Assembly: GCA_963741955.1 (NCBI GenBank) | Contig: CAVUKB010000005.1 | Coordinates: 1,280,001-1,344,000 of the forward strand | Source of the DNA: an uncultured Acidobacteriota bacterium | Lineage (GTDB): Bacteria; Acidobacteriota; Thermoanaerobaculia; Gp7-AA8 | Direction of reading: 5' to 3' | DNA: 64,000 nucleotides | Part shown: positions 63,592 to 64,000 of the stretch, one piece after another | How the letters are laid out: each line of letters begins with the position of its first letter | How positions within the stretch are numbered: the stretch's first letter is position 1 | Position numbers and translations under genes: made by a program | The notes under the pieces: generated by a model | What the model saw: the letters and a program-made list of their open reading frames with translations, nothing else | Database searches by the model: none | Told to the model about the DNA's origin: nothing

Positions 63592-63607
63592 TGGCATTTT
63601 GACTGCA
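63592..63607 (+). promoter_or_regulatory. Sigma54 -24/-12 promoter upstream of pilin gene
   Basis: TGGCAT-TTTGA-CTGCA with GG-N10-GC spacing, 15 nt before ATG. Confidence 0.55.
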
Positions 63608-63622
63608 CAGGGGAGACTCATC

Positions 63623-64000
63623 ATGACCATCACATCGCGTCCGAAACACTCATCGCCTGGATACACACTGATCGAGGCGCTCGTAGTGGTCGCCATCGTC
63701 GGTCTGATCTCGCTCGTCACCGTGCCGAACTTCATCAGCTATTTGCGCTCGGCGAAGATCAAGTCGGCCGTTCGCAACTTCGCGTCGGACATGCGGGAGG
63801 CACGGCAACTCGCGGTTTCGGAGCACCGGCGGGTGATGGTCAGTTTCGGCACCGCCGGCAACGAGATCTATCACTACTGGATCTACCGTGACATGAACGG
63901 CACGTGGGAGCTGACCGCCAATGGTGAACATTCCCTCGAGCCCGAGACCGGGGACGCGGCGAAGACGGTGTCGTTCGCCGCGTTTCCAAGCGACGGGTTC
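63623..64000 (+). CDS. Type IV pilin/pseudopilin (FimT/GspH-like), truncated by window end
   Basis: MTITSRPKHSSPG|YTLIEALVVVAIVGL class III signal; ...SDMREARQLAV; not in the ORF track because it has no stop in the window. Confidence 0.85.
   Translation, partial: MTITSRPKHSSPGYTLIEALVVVAIVGLISLVTVPNFISYLRSAKIKSAVRNFASDMREARQLAVSEHRRVMVSFGTAGNEIYHYWIYRDMNGTWELTANGEHSLEPETGDAAKTVSFAAFPSDGF

Overview
GC-rich bacterial chromosome segment. The 16S sequence and gene content suggest Acidobacteriota, possibly Thermoanaerobaculia-like; this is inferred, not searched. It begins with a complete minus-strand rRNA operon (16S, tRNA-Ile, tRNA-Ala, 23S, 5S) with tandem promoters. Mostly core genes follow: ispG-lspA, scoAB plus thiolase, lat, a desaturase, a tandem REC-HD-GYP protein, ribF, lptD, rfbA, several GT-C/ArnT/YfhO-type membrane glycosyltransferases, hutI, a zinc-ribbon/rnhA/yggS/yggT/divIVA cluster, smc, psd-pssA plus a degenerate asd, a radical SAM/SPASM gene, ligD, tonB-exbB-exbD-exbD, pilD and the start of a pilin gene. 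The strongest unannotated signal is a 57-codon ORF missing from the ORF track (54492-54665). It encodes a single-TM protein with an in-frame UGA, a bSECIS-like hairpin and a leaderless-type -10 box, so it is a candidate small membrane selenoprotein, and a tRNA-Sec gene lies about 6 kb away. Other signals: a MITE-like element in full and internally deleted copies, an AT-rich triple inverted-repeat array, a sigma54/IHF-driven zinc-ribbon-TonB operon, and complementary degeneracy in the double REC-HD-GYP protein. No CRISPR array, prophage or transposase was seen.
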